Source: Octopus vulgaris (lineage: Eukaryota). From it: a DNA stretch of 64,000 nucleotides. Shown here one piece after another: positions 1-14,146 of the stretch. The number at the start of each line of letters is the position of its first letter. Within the stretch, counting starts at the first letter, position 1. Where the stretch lies: NCBI GenBank assembly GCA_951406725.2, contig OX597838.1, positions 7,440,001 to 7,504,000 of the forward strand. Reading direction: 5' to 3'. Under the pieces are notes generated by a model that ran no database searches, was not told the origin of the DNA, and saw only the letters and a list, made by a program, of their open reading frames with translations. Both the position numbers and the translations under genes were made by a program.

Positions 1-39
1 CTGTATGCGTATATGGAAGTGCATATTATAAGTGTGTTT

Positions 40-72
<33 letters not shown>

Positions 73-208
73 CGTGTGTGAGTGTGTGTGTGTGTGTGTG
101 TAAGTATGCGTGGATTTATACATACATTTAATAGAAACAGACATATACAGGCATACAAAATACATATATACATATATATATATCCATATACATATATATA
201 TATATAAT

Positions 209-252
<44 letters not shown>

Positions 253-312
253 CACATATATATATATATTTAAAGTTGACTTTGATTGCTTTTATGTACG
301 TATTTTTTACAC

Positions 313-345
<33 letters not shown>

Positions 346-803
346 CAAACACACACACATATATATATACACTAACTCACACACATACACACACAAACAT
401 ATATAAGAATTGCTATTTTGAGGAATACACAGAATAACGAACGTGTGTGCATGTAAGTTGTACAAACGAGCGTGTACATATATACATATATATGTGTTTA
501 TATATATATATGTGTGTGTATGTATATATATATATATATGTGTATGTGTGTGTGCGTGTTGCTGTCTGCAGCCAGTGTTTCCATAAATATGTTGTCTTCG
601 TGTTTGTTTATTTTTGTTTGTACGTGATTCAATGCTTTTGTCGGTTTGTTTGAATAGCCTTTACGCAAATTTAAATAATAATTTTTAATAAGTAAAACAT
701 GAAAAAAAATTTATGCATACATCCGGAATATACAAACAGAGACGCATTCTTTTATACATACGTACAGATGTATATATTGATATATACGTACACACACACA
801 GAC

Positions 804-897
<94 letters not shown>

Positions 898-921
898 GTG
901 TATGTATTCACACACACACAT

Positions 922-1042
<121 letters not shown>

Positions 1043-1083
1043 CATATACATATATATATATATGTATATACTTATATATTGGT

Positions 1084-1341
1084 CTCTTACTCTTTTTCTT
1101 TCATATGGCTGCGGCTATACTGGAGCACCGCCTTTAGTCGAACAGAATCGAGCCCGGGACATATTTCTTGCAAGCCAAGTACTTATTCTATCGGTCTCTT
1201 TCGACGAACCACTAGGTTGCGGTGACGAAAACACACTAACATCGGTTGCCAAACTTACCTAAGGACCAAGGCCGTGGGACTGAACCCGGATCCCATATGG
1301 TTGGGAAGTAAGGTGCTTACCACACCCCCACTCCTGCGCCT
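1084..1341 (-). mobile_element. SINE family A, internally deleted
   Basis: Shares head (ctcctgcgcct) and 3' part (ctggagcaccgcc, tacttattctatcggtctc) with 23776-24146. Confidence 0.8.
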
Positions 1342-1532
1342 ATATATGCACATATTGATATATATATATATATATATATATATTCTTCGTGACCTTTTCT
1401 TCGTGTCCGACCAGCCATCAGATGTTGTTACACATCGCTGGTCACAATGTACTTCGCATTGTTTTAGCCTTCAAATGACGCCACCTCGCTGGCTAAGCGA
1501 GCAGGCCAATATATATATATATATATAGATAG

Positions 1533-1624
<92 letters not shown>

Positions 1625-2040
1625 TATGTATATATGCACAAACATATATGTATGTAATTTTGTGTGTCAGTGTGTCTGTGTGTGAAATTGCGTGTTTTTG
1701 TTCTCGTGTGTTGCACTCATGATCGCTTGGACTTGGACTTGGGTTCAGTTCCCGTACAGCCCGGTGCGTTGTGGTCTTATATTCAGATAAACATTGTGTA
1801 GTATGCTGTTGAAAGCCTATTCAAAATATTCGGATTTCTGATGTCAACAGCTGCATCGACTTATATGCCACTGGGTTTACGGGAATTCCTCTGCGTCCGT
1901 AGATTTTAGAGAATATATGAGAGAGACAGAAAATGGAATTCAGGAGATGGCAGCTTAAAGGTCAGACGCGGCATCAACAATTGTCATGCATCATAAATGC
2001 AGATGCCTCCCCTCAAGTGACTTCTCGAAATATATTTACC

Positions 2041-2107
<67 letters not shown>

Positions 2108-2113
2108 TATATA

Positions 2114-2235
<122 letters not shown>

Positions 2236-2261
2236 AAGATATAGATAAATATAGATAGATA

Positions 2262-2670
2262 GTATATTTCTATATAAGGAATTATGTTCATTATTTACAT
2301 TATTTACATTTGACAGATATTTGTCCTCATCTTGTTTGTTGTTAACATAAACTTATCGGCTGATATTCCCTCAAGACTTCATCAGATGGGGACATTTTGA
2401 ACCTGGGTTCTCATTCCTAAGACATTTTTTGATGTTGTTAATATTACTATCATTATTCAATTCACTGCCTGGAATCGATCTCGGAATCTTGGGGTTAGTA
2501 TCCCGTGCTCTTAACCACTACGCTCCATATTGCTCGTTGGAAAATATGGAGGGAATTTTAGGGCTTATATATCTGATGAACGGTGGAATATATATCAGCC
2601 GAAACGTTGTGTTAAGAAGAAACACGATGAGGACAAATATCCGTCAATTTTAAATAATGTAAATAATACA
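2262..2670. mobile_element. Inverted pair of HHR-bearing repeat ends (same family as 30312-30465) enclosing a tRNA-like SINE head
   Basis: 2290-2387 is an imperfect inverted repeat of 2571-2668. CTGATGA...CAGCC-GAAAC-GTT-GTGTT at 2573-2613. tRNA-like A/B boxes on the minus strand at ~2460-2527. Confidence 0.6.
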
Positions 2671-2687
2671 GATAGATATATATACAT

Positions 2688-2773
<86 letters not shown>

Positions 2774-2852
2774 GCTCTTAGGAGCATAGTTCGATTTGGT
2801 TTTTGCTCCGCCCCTGTTCTGTTTTTGTTTCTCTAACGGATTTCCTTTTTTC

Positions 2853-2932
2853 TTCCTGAAGAGAAAGACACAATATGGTCCCATTATTCAATCGGATTTT
2901 GGTAATTTGTGCCTTTCGAAACACGTGTAGAA
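2853..2932 (+). ncRNA. Type-I hammerhead ribozyme with canonical core and palindromic stem III
   Basis: TTC-CTGAAGA-GAAAG.CACAA...TTGTG.CTTTC-GAAAC-ACGT-GTA-GAA. Stem I TTC/GAA, long stem II, GUA cleavage triplet at 2927-2929. Confidence 0.7.
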
Positions 2933-3144
2933 TGAAATAAAACGATTTCTGTTCAATCTGCGTTCAGCTCCATTTCTTCAATTCACCAATAATGTTTTAA
3001 TTTCAATTATCCGCACCAACGCACGGTTGCAACGCCAGATGGTTGTACCTCCAACCGTGCTGTTTACTGCTGTGATTTTTGCTACTAAGGTATCGGTTAA
3101 CTTTTGATTAATCTACAACAAGATTATTCTTCTTTCTATTTCAC

Positions 3145-3178
<34 letters not shown>

Positions 3179-3181
<3 letters not shown>

Positions 3182-3400
3182 CTCTTACTCTTTTACTCTT
3201 TTATTTGTTTCAGTCATCTGACTGCGGCCATGCTGGAGCACCGCCTTAAATCGAGCAACTCGACCCCGGGACTTATTCTTTTGTAAGCCCAGTACTTATT
3301 CTATCGGTCTCTTTTGCCGAACCGCTAAGTGACGGGGACATAAACACACCAGCATCGGTTGTCAAGCAATGTCAGGGGGACAAACAAGACACACAAACAT

Positions 3401-3435
<35 letters not shown>

Positions 3436-3544
3436 CATATATACGACGGCCCGAGACTATAGCAGAAGACACTTGCCCAAGGTGCCATGCAGTGGGACTG
3501 AACCCGGAACCATGTGGTTCGTAAGCAAGCTACTTACCACACAG

Positions 3545-3547
<3 letters not shown>
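3179..3547 (-). mobile_element. SINE family A
   Basis: High similarity to 23776-24146. Confidence 0.85.
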
Positions 3548-3598
<51 letters not shown>

Positions 3599-3893
3599 CA
3601 CGCGTGTGTGTGACTATCTTTTTCTAATATGAGCACATCTACAGTAACATTGATTGGAAATATTTAATCAATACTATCGACCTAGTAGGTGACCTTATAT
3701 TTGCTTTCATTTATCGACCCCCCAAAAGATCAAAGACGAAGCTGACCTCGATCGGATTTGAACTAAGAATGTAAGAGCTGCAATATATTTGCAATAAAAT
3801 ATGTCTGCTGTTCTAACGTCTCTTGCAACGGACAGCCCCTAACAACCACCAACGCCACAACATATAGAAAGAAAAAAAGGAGAAAAGAAAGAC

Positions 3894-3943
<50 letters not shown>

Positions 3944-4268
3944 GAATAAGAGAAACCACACTAGACTCTGCAGCAGTATAGATATTAACGTTTATGAAAA
4001 AAAAAAAAAAAAAAGAGCTGAAACCATCCTCTTCAACAACAAAAACAACAACAACAACAACAACACCTCGAGTCATGTTGAAAAAAAACCCCACAATTTC
4101 TAATAAGTGCGTCTGACCAAGTGCGTATATGGGAATGTATATCATAGTGCTTATGTGTCTGTTTTCAAATGTGAATGCATGTATAGGTGTTAGTGAAAAA
4201 CAACGAGCAGTGTGTGCGTGCGTGCGTGCGTGTGTGTGAGTGTGTGAGTGCGTGCGTGTGTGTTTGAG

Positions 4269-4301
<33 letters not shown>

Positions 4302-4391
4302 AACAGAAAGGGAAACAAGAAGAGTGTTTGAGAATGTGTTTGAGAGAGAATTACAGAAAGTTTGTTAATGTGTCGAATTATGCATCGAAAA

Positions 4392-4430
<39 letters not shown>

Positions 4431-4756
4431 TCTTTTGTTGTAGGCATATTTTGAGTGTGAAAATGTACGGCTTTGTGGGTTTGTGTGTTCGTATATATAT
4501 ACATATGTGTGTGTGTGTGGATGCAATTCTCAGTATGTGTGAAAGAAAGAACTGAAAGGAAATGTATGTGTGGCATAGATTATGTACAAATATGCTCATT
4601 GCTATTGATATGTAATAATGTATATACGCGTGTCTATATAAGTCCGCCTGTGTGTATACCATCCCCAGTGCGTGTTTAAGCATATTGCATCATATATATA
4701 TACATATGTATTAAACAATCTATCTATCTGTATAGCTGTCTTTCTACCTATCTCTC

Positions 4757-4845
<89 letters not shown>

Positions 4846-4927
4846 TATATATATATATACGTATATATATGTGTGTGTGTATTTATATGTATATGCATAT
4901 CTATATCTATGTATATATATATATCTG

Positions 4928-5047
<120 letters not shown>

Positions 5048-5241
5048 TATATTGGTACATCTGTATATATATATTTATGCATTTATAAATACTTTACGGC
5101 AGGCCATTCAATGTGTTTCGCCATAGATTCTGTACAATTCAAATGTGAAATCTGATTGGTTCTTCAGTTTTTCAATACTTTTGAAAATATCTTATAAAAT
5201 TTTACGCACACACACACACACACACACACACATCCATGCAT

Positions 5242-5308
<67 letters not shown>

Positions 5309-5319
5309 CATACATATAC

Positions 5320-5358
<39 letters not shown>

Positions 5359-6080
5359 TATAAATACATATACATATATATATCATATCTCTCTCTACAA
5401 GCATGTATTGTAGTTTCTGTTGCTGTTGCTGTTCTTGTTCTTGTGCGTTTGTGCTTTTGTGCGTTTGTTTGACTGTTTCTATGTATGTGTGCGTACGTGT
5501 CTTCATGTGTATGCGTGTGTGTCTTCATGTGTATCCGTATGTGCCTTTGTGTGATACTGTGTGTGTGTGTGCATATTTTCCAATTCGGCTTTTCATTATT
5601 TACGATTCCATTCTGACAATGGCCACTTAACATTCGATACATCAAATATTTATTTATTTAATTTTTTTTTTTCCTTCATTTCTTCCCCAACTCTGCAACT
5701 CGCCATCTTACAAACAAATACACACAAACTCTGACTGCAAATTTCAAGTACACTTATATACATTGCTGTGGGTGCATACGCAAACGGCGCATATGTAAGT
5801 ATATATGTATTTATACATACATACATATATGTGTGTCAGTGTTTGTCTGTGTGTGTGTGTGTGTACATATACATATAAATATGTATTGTAAGCACACGCA
5901 TACATACATACACACGCACTCATATTATTACACCTGCATAGAACCATATAAAATCATATGTATGTACATATACATGTATATTAGTGTGTGTATGTGTGTG
6001 TGTGTATATTTATATATATACACATATATTAATATATATAAGTATGCCCACAATTTCTAGTACATAAATGAATGTATGTG

Positions 6081-6111
<31 letters not shown>

Positions 6112-6145
6112 ATGTATATATATATATATATATACATATAATATA

Positions 6146-6185
<40 letters not shown>

Positions 6186-6502
6186 CATATATATATATAT
6201 ATTTATACATAAATGAATATATGTGTATATATATATGTATATGTGTGTATGTATGTATGTATATATACATACATATATATATATATATATAAATATATAT
6301 GTATATGTATATATGTATATATATATATATATATATTTATACATATATATACATATATATACACATATCTATATACGTATGTATATTTATATGTGCGTAT
6401 ATATGTTTAACTGTACAAATGCGGACACATACATACAATCGTGTATTTGTGTATGTATGTTTGTCCGTATGTATATATATATATATATATATATAAGTAT
6501 AT

Positions 6503-6537
<35 letters not shown>

Positions 6538-6562
6538 CATATATGTATGTATGATGAATGTA

Positions 6563-6626
<64 letters not shown>

Positions 6627-6684
6627 ACGCCACATCTACCGCACACCAGGAAAAAGAAACAAAAGAGTTTCAATAAATGCAAAA

Positions 6685-7300
6685 CGCTGAAGGGATGAAT
6701 AGGGATGGAGAGGAGGGGGATAGGAATGGGGGGGCACGGTAGGAGAGGAAATGAAAAGAAGTAAAGGAGAGAGAGAGAGAGAAGTGTTGTGAGAATAGTC
6801 AAGGGAGAGAAGATTGAACATGTGGGGGAAGAGGAGGACGAGGCGGGGGCGGGCAAGAGGAAAGAGAAAAAGAACAAGAAGATGATGATGATGATGATGA
6901 TGATGAAGGAGAAGGAGAAAAAGAAGAAGAAGAAGAAGAAGAAGAAGAAGAAGAAGAAGAAGAAGACGAAGAAGAAGAAAAGACTAAGAAGAGGATGATG
7001 ATGATGATGATGATGATACTGATGATGACGATGATGACAATGATGATGAAAAGCCAGAAGAAAAAGAAGGAAAAGAGGTAAAGGAAGAGGAAGGAAGAAG
7101 AAGAAGGAGAAGAAGAAGAGGAAGAAGGAGAAGGAGAAGAAGAAGAAGAAGAAGAAGAAGTAGAACAACAACAACAACAGCAACAACAAGAACAACAACA
7201 AGTATAAGAATGATAGTTGACAATCATAGCAATAACAACAAAATTGCCAAAACAATTCTTTAGAGACAAACCCCAGCGTCAACAGCAACAACGACAACAT
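6685..7300. repeat. Purine-rich compound trinucleotide tract (GAA/GAT/GGA/CAA)
   Basis: Direct inspection. Confidence 0.9.
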
Positions 7301-7632
7301 CAGCGTCAGAAAAACTGGTTTTGTGTGTGGAACTCACGTTGTGACACCTATCTATGCGAAAATTGTTGCTGGTTTAGTGTAATGGTGCTTGGTCTGTTAT
7401 TATATGTGTGTTTTTTGAACCTGGTACTGTTCTTGACGTTGTTGTTATTGTCGCTGTTATTGAGGCTTGCTGTTGCTACTTGAAGTTATGTTTGTAATGG
7501 CGTTGGAATAAAGAGATTTGTATGCGAACTAAACGGGATTACTGGGAATATAAGTAACACGGTAAAAGAGAAATGCATCCACACATACTCACAAACACCC
7601 TCAAACACGAACGCGCACAGACAGACAGACAG

Positions 7633-7678
<46 letters not shown>

Positions 7679-7679
<1 letters not shown>

Positions 7680-7861
7680 GGCGCAGGAGTGGCTATAGAC
7701 GGGAGTGGCTGTGTGGTAAGTAGCTTGCTTACCAACCACATGGTTCCGGGTTCAGTCCCACTGCGTGGCACCTTGGGTAAGTGTCTTGTACTATAGCCTC
7801 AGGCCGACAAAAGGCGGTGCTCCAGCATGGCCGCAGTCAAATGACTGAAGCAAGTAAAAGA

Positions 7862-7863
<2 letters not shown>
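7679..7863 (+). mobile_element. SINE family A, internally deleted
   Basis: Head ggcgcaggagtggct...gggttcagtccc joined to tail ggtgctccagcatggccgcagtcaaatgactgaa. Confidence 0.85.
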
Positions 7864-7930
<67 letters not shown>

Positions 7931-8151
7931 TAACCCAAACATGAAAGCACAAAAAAAAGCACAACAACGCGAGGACATGGAATAAATATAATATTATTGG
8001 ACTCTCAGGAAAGAAGGAAAGAAGGAGGGTGTAACGATTCGAGCGGAGCTCTTCGTCGGAAACATAGGAGAAGGAAAGATCCAGAGAAGGGAAGACAGAG
8101 GGAAAAAAATCGCCAACAGTACACACGCGGTCATGTATATGTATATGTGTA

Positions 8152-8202
<51 letters not shown>

Positions 8203-8344
8203 TTATGTATATATGTATATATATCAGAGTGACAGGTATGTCTGTTATCGATCCCTTCCTCTAAATTCAGCTGTGAGCTTAGAACCTATTACGCTGCATA
8301 CCTATTGGTTCAGATTATAAGTGAACTAAATCCTCATTTTTTTG

Positions 8345-8375
<31 letters not shown>

Positions 8376-8761
8376 ATGTGTGTGTATGTTTGTGTGTGTG
8401 TGTAAGTGTGTGTGTGTGTGTGTTTGGTTTGCTTTTCAGCAAGTAGTATAGCACAAATGGCATATGCCCTGTGATATTTAGGGTTTCGCCGCGCCCTTCT
8501 CTGTATATGTTAAAGCATTTCTCTGAAAAATATTCTTATTTTTATTAGATGATATCTTTCACAACAGATATAGGTATATAAAAAAGATTTAATAGGCACA
8601 CGATTAAAATCCCATATTCACCGCACACGCTGACGTGAAGGCGTTCGTCAGTAAACAACCGATGATTTACCCTTGCTCTGAATGATGATGCATAGGTAAA
8701 TCAGTATCTCTTCTAGGGTAGAAATGTAGTTTATTCCCCGTCGTATTTGAATTAGTGGTAC

Positions 8762-8801
<40 letters not shown>

Positions 8802-9047
8802 AATAAATAAATAAAATATGTGCATATATACATACATATATGTACGTACCTACCTCTACATGTATATGTACAAGCATATATGGGTACAGGACACCAAAAA
8901 AACGTCGAACACAATGAGAAACGAAAACATAAACACAAAACCAAGGAACTGGACATTTTTTAAAACAACGAAAAAATAGAGTACGGGACATACAAAACAA
9001 GGAAAACTCTCCTTCTTCAGTCGCCTTAATTTCATCTACTCCACGTT

Positions 9048-9111
<64 letters not shown>

Positions 9112-9499
9112 ATTTTTCTTCATTTTTACAAAATTTTGTGTCTTTTGCAACATCTTCGTAAATGTCAAAATCATGTGATAGGCTTCGGCGCAATTAAGCA
9201 AAATAACAACAGCAACGCCAGCAACAACAACATCACCAATAATAATAATAATAATAATAATAATAACTGCACATATAAACACGACTACACAGAAATATAT
9301 TTGTATATATGTGTGTGCTTGTATATATATATATATCCTTAAATCCTTCAAAATGTTTCAGCTCGAAAGCTGCGCCCATGCTGGGGCACTACCTTTCAAT
9401 GAGCTACACTAGTATGTGAAACCACCTCTGATACGTGGCACTTGGTCAACAAGGGAGCTCGACGCCGCTGCCCGCAACTGTGTTTCCTCCCGAGAGGTA

Positions 9500-9775
9500 G
9501 GTTTATCTGGAACCGCTGACAAGAATAGATCCAGTTTGGTCTTCGCTCCAGGGAGAAGAGTTTTAATACTTCCAGTCTTTCCCAGTAGCTGATATGTTGC
9601 ATTGAGGCGATCTTCGTTGGATTGCTTCGAGTTCTGCTGTTAACTTTATATTGTGTGACGAGCATACATGGGAGCAGTATTCCAAGCGGCTGAGGACGAA
9701 TGTCTTCCAAAGGAGCATCAGTTCACCTTCTCTCTTGTTCTGAAAGTTCGGAGAATCCATCCAGCTAGCCGTCTG
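9500..9775 (-). mobile_element. CR1/L2-group LINE ORF2 C-terminal fragment, frameshifted
   Basis: LMLLWKTFVLSRLEYCSHV...ELEAIQRR, continuing in another frame as SYWERLEVLKLFSLERR; typical post-RT motifs. Confidence 0.8.
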
Positions 9776-9783
9776 CATTATAA

Positions 9784-9840
<57 letters not shown>

Positions 9841-9944
9841 TATATATATATATGTATATATATTTCTGTGTAGACGTGTTAATAAGTGCATTTATCATTA
9901 TTATTATTGTTGTTGTTGTTATTGTTGGTATTGGTGTTGCTATT

Positions 9945-10100
9945 TCGCTTAATTGCGCCCAGGTCGACTTTGCCTTTCCTCTTTTCGGGGCCGATAAAAC
10001 AAGTACCAGTTACGCATTGGCGTCGATGCAATCTACTCAGCCCACCCCCCACCTCCCTCAAGCTCCCCTCGTGGCAAAATCTTGAAACAGGAATTATTAT
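9945..10100 (+). mobile_element. SINE family B, 3' part (further fragments near 3670-3800, 13315-13510, 14170-14460, 18935-19020)
   Basis: aggtcgactttgcctttcctcttttcggggccgataaaacaagtaccagttacgcattgg. Confidence 0.7.
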
Positions 10101-10602
10101 TATTATTATTATGCTTGTTGTTGTTCATATTGTTATTGCGTTTCTTCTTCTCCTTCTCCTTCTCCTCCCCACTTCTCCTTCCTCATCTTGTTACCACCAT
10201 TTGCAATGTCTGCAGTTTTTTTTTTCAATTTATTTATTCATCTTCTCTTCACTAAAACTAAAAAAAAGATTTTTTTTTTGTTTCTCTTTTGTATCTTTGT
10301 TTCTTCAATGCGTTTTGTGCTTCTGACATTCTGTCTATGCTTTATCAATCACCCTTTGTTTGTGTTTACTTTCTTATCCATTTGAAAAGTGGTTAAACTT
10401 TTAAAGTTTCATTCTTTTCTTTATATTTAACGCATCTCTTTTAACGTTTTCTGTTTAGATAGCTCTCTCCCTTCATATATTTTCGATCGTATACGTCGTA
10501 TATACACATACACGCAGGTATATATATACATATGTGTGCGTGTATGTATTTACATCTATATGTAAATGTGTGTGTGTATACACATATGTATGCATATATG
10601 TT

Positions 10603-10668
<66 letters not shown>

Positions 10669-10746
10669 TATAGCTACATAATATATACACACATATACTT
10701 ACATGTATACATCTTTATATATGCATATATATATATTTATATTTTC

Positions 10747-10782
<36 letters not shown>

Positions 10783-12497
10783 GTATATTTTGTGCTACGT
10801 GTCCAGTTAAAAATAGTGACTTCGCTAATCCCTCCAGATTAAACATATGTCTACTATTTTGGCTTAATCTATTCACTTTACCATTTTCAATATTTCGAAA
10901 CATTATTCTATAATTTTGCGTTGGTGTCTTGTTGCTAAATGGTGTAGAAATTATATTTATTTTGTTTCTGTCACTTCACAAATCTGTCTTCCATTCCTGA
11001 AGGATTAACATAATTTCACAATCTTCTGAGAGCGAATAGGAATAAATTCTAATTAAGAACTGCGATTTATGCTACGGATGTTTATCGGAATAGGCAATGA
11101 GTCAGAAATAAGTGACAGAGCGAATATAATTGGCAGTTGCTCTCAAAAGCATCTGACGCTTCGGAGAGATACTTCTTCAGGATATGAATAAAGGAAATAA
11201 AAGATATGAACTAGAGTTTTACACGCTGTATATTTGACAAATTAGCTTCGGCTGATAGTACTTTTTTTATCGATTTCTTTAGACGAGCCCCTACGTTAGG
11301 GGGACGTAAACACAGCACCACCGGTTGTTACGCGGGGGCGTGACAAAGATAGATGCAAAGCACACACATACACACACACAGTAAAATTTTATCTCATGAA
11401 AAATTATTTTATGCAAGGTCATTTTCCTTTATCAAGTCGGGGGTGGGGGTCCGCGAAACCTCGAAATAATCGGAGATGGTCCGTAAGAAGAAATTTTGAG
11501 GAACCAAGGCCATAGCCATTGGATATTTAAAAAACTAGTTTTATAGAAACATAGTTCAAAATACCTATTTTGTTTTTCACACATTCACTTGAAAGAATCT
11601 TAGTTTTTCTTTTTTGCAATACATACCTATACATAGACCTAAAGCAAATTTTTTTCAGGGGCATTTACAATACTGCTGTAGATCCCTAACTTACTATTTT
11701 GTTGCCAAAAATCTTATATGAACGCTCAGAGGCTATATAGACCTTCATGGGCCTTATAGAACTGGGTGGGATCCACTAGTGTGGTGAGACAAACAGGGTC
11801 TAATTTTATTGCACGGTAATAATAATGGTAGAACAAGAGAGAATTCAATCTCTATGTCGAAGTAAGAATGTAATATATAATAAAATTTAAATCAAACATT
11901 CATTTTAATTTCCCTGCGTTAGAAAATCAGCAGAGGGGCTGATGAGAGAGATACCGATCGCAATCCTTATTTATCAGAGTGTCCAGTGATTTTGTAATAT
12001 ATGTTTTAATCCCCAATTTCCGATCTCCACGTTTAAGCTTGTTTAATACATTTATCCTTGTAACCAACTAGAAAACCTTTTTGTATTCCTACTTAAATCT
12101 TGTTTCCTGTTTAAGGTGTGAGGATGAGTTGTTTCTCGTGGTTGCAACGAGTAGTAAACTTTGTTATGGATATGTGTCCTATGCATGTGAGTATATTGGT
12201 GATGTCAGCCACTTCCTAGCATTTGAGGAATCTACTCACCAATTCAATAAAATAACTTTCAGCATCTTTTTGAAAGAAGGGACGTTTGGAACAAGAAAGA
12301 ACCACTACAATTATGCGCCTTTAGGACTCTGAAAAACATGGTTGCATTCAATAATGACCAATACCAGCTATTGAAACGGAAAACGAGAAGAATTCAAGCC
12401 AATAAATTCTTCTTGAAACGTTCATTCGACCACAATATGCAATAAGTTATTACGAAGAACTTCATCAAACCGAACCAGAAAATGGTTATAGCCTTCT

Positions 12498-12846
12498 ATT
12501 CTTTACTTGTTTTAGTCATTTGACTGCGGCCATGCCGAAGCACCTATTTTAGTCGCAGAAATCAACTCCAGGACTATTACTTATTCTATCGGTCTCTTTT
12601 GCAGAACTGCCAAGTTACGGAAACGAGGACGCAAACACACAAGCGATTGTGGGACACCAACAGAGACACACAAATATACATATATACACGAAGGGCTTGT
12701 TTCAGTTTCTGTCTACCAAATCCACTCATAAGGTCCGCTCGAAGCTATAGCAGAAGACACTTGACCAAGGTGCCACGCAGTGGGACTTGACTCGGAACCA
12801 TATGGTTGGGAAGCAAATTTCTTACCACACAGCCATGCCTGCGCCT
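12498..12846 (-). mobile_element. SINE family A
   Basis: Similar to the other copies along its whole length. Confidence 0.85.
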
Positions 12847-13869
12847 AAGGAAAACAAATACTGGAAACTTTTATAAGATAATCTATATTTTCATGACAAA
12901 TATAGTATCATAAGAGACATTAGGTGGAAATTTTAGAGGAAGAATTTAAGATTAGTATAAAATACAGAATGAATCCATTCTTTATCAAATACAAACTATA
13001 TTTATGTCTTAGATAGAAACACTTAATACAGATCAATAATTACCAATAATTTTAAAATATCATGTTATATATTTTAATTATGGTGTATTTTATTTATGGA
13101 CGTCTAATGATATATTATTATATTCATCGCTATATGACAAAGCTGTCAAATTAAATTAAACGATAATTTATATGTAAAAAAGATATCTAAGAATATATAT
13201 ATGTATCGTTCGCCTCTTTGCTTCAGCAATATAATATCTCTTGGTTTATTTTTAGGTTCGGAAAGAGAGGCGCAGGTTATTTATTACTACTGTATTATCT
13301 TGTAGCATCTGGAACGTCTTTGTTAGCAGACTCGCCATGAAGTCGGGGAAAAAAATGTTTAATACGTTTTGCCTTCTGAATCCAGATTCCGCCGAGGTAG
13401 ATTTCACCTATTATCCTTTCGGAATCTCTGAAATTAGTACCAGATGAGCATTGGGCAAGATTTTATCGACTATCCCCCCAATCCCCACTACAACTATGGC
13501 CTTTGCGTCAAGTTTTTACACCATTTTCTGAAAGATTATTTCCACCTGAAAACCAAAATTTTACTCTGTTAATTTCGAAGTCGTTGATTCGCAAATTATT
13601 TAATATAATTACACGAAGGACCATAATCCATATTTGCGGAGAAATACTATTTTGCTTTATAATTTTGTTTCTGGAGAAAATACTATTATCCGAAACGTCA
13701 GAGCGATTTATTCTCAATAAGGTATTATTATGTAATTAGTACTTCTCTATTTGTTTAAATATTCTTTAAATCTGGTGTTATCATCGAACACTAGCAGGCA
13801 ATTCTTCACGTTTATGGTTGAGTGAATTTATACATGTATTTTCACGTACATATACATACATATATATGC

Positions 13870-14146
13870 CAGGTTCATAAGGGTCAGTTTCCCGGTTTCT
13901 TGGCGTATATGTTCCCCACCTGGACGGGACGCCGGTCCGTCGCAGGTGAGCTGCAAGATGCAGGAGGAAAGAGTGGGGGAAGGTTGTGGCGAAAGAGTCA
14001 GCATACGTTCGCCATTACCTTCTGCCGGAACCGCGTGGAGCTTAGGTGATTCGCTCATAAACACACACATCGCCCGGTCTGAGATTCGAACCCGCGATCC
14101 CTCGATCGCAAGTCCGTTGTTCTAACCACTAGGCCATGTGCCTCCA
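13870..14146 (-). mobile_element. tRNA-derived SINE family C
   Basis: Minus strand tggcctagtggttag (A box) ... gggttcgaatctc (B box), followed by a non-tRNA body. Head is related to 44935. Confidence 0.75.

Noticed and set aside
6407-7300. 297-aa and overlapping low-complexity ORFs
   Set aside because: Compound trinucleotide repeat with frames broken by slippage; no domain or splice support.
14070-14143. Possible tRNA gene on the minus strand
   Set aside because: A and B boxes are present, but the acceptor and anticodon stems do not pair and the sequence continues into a SINE body.
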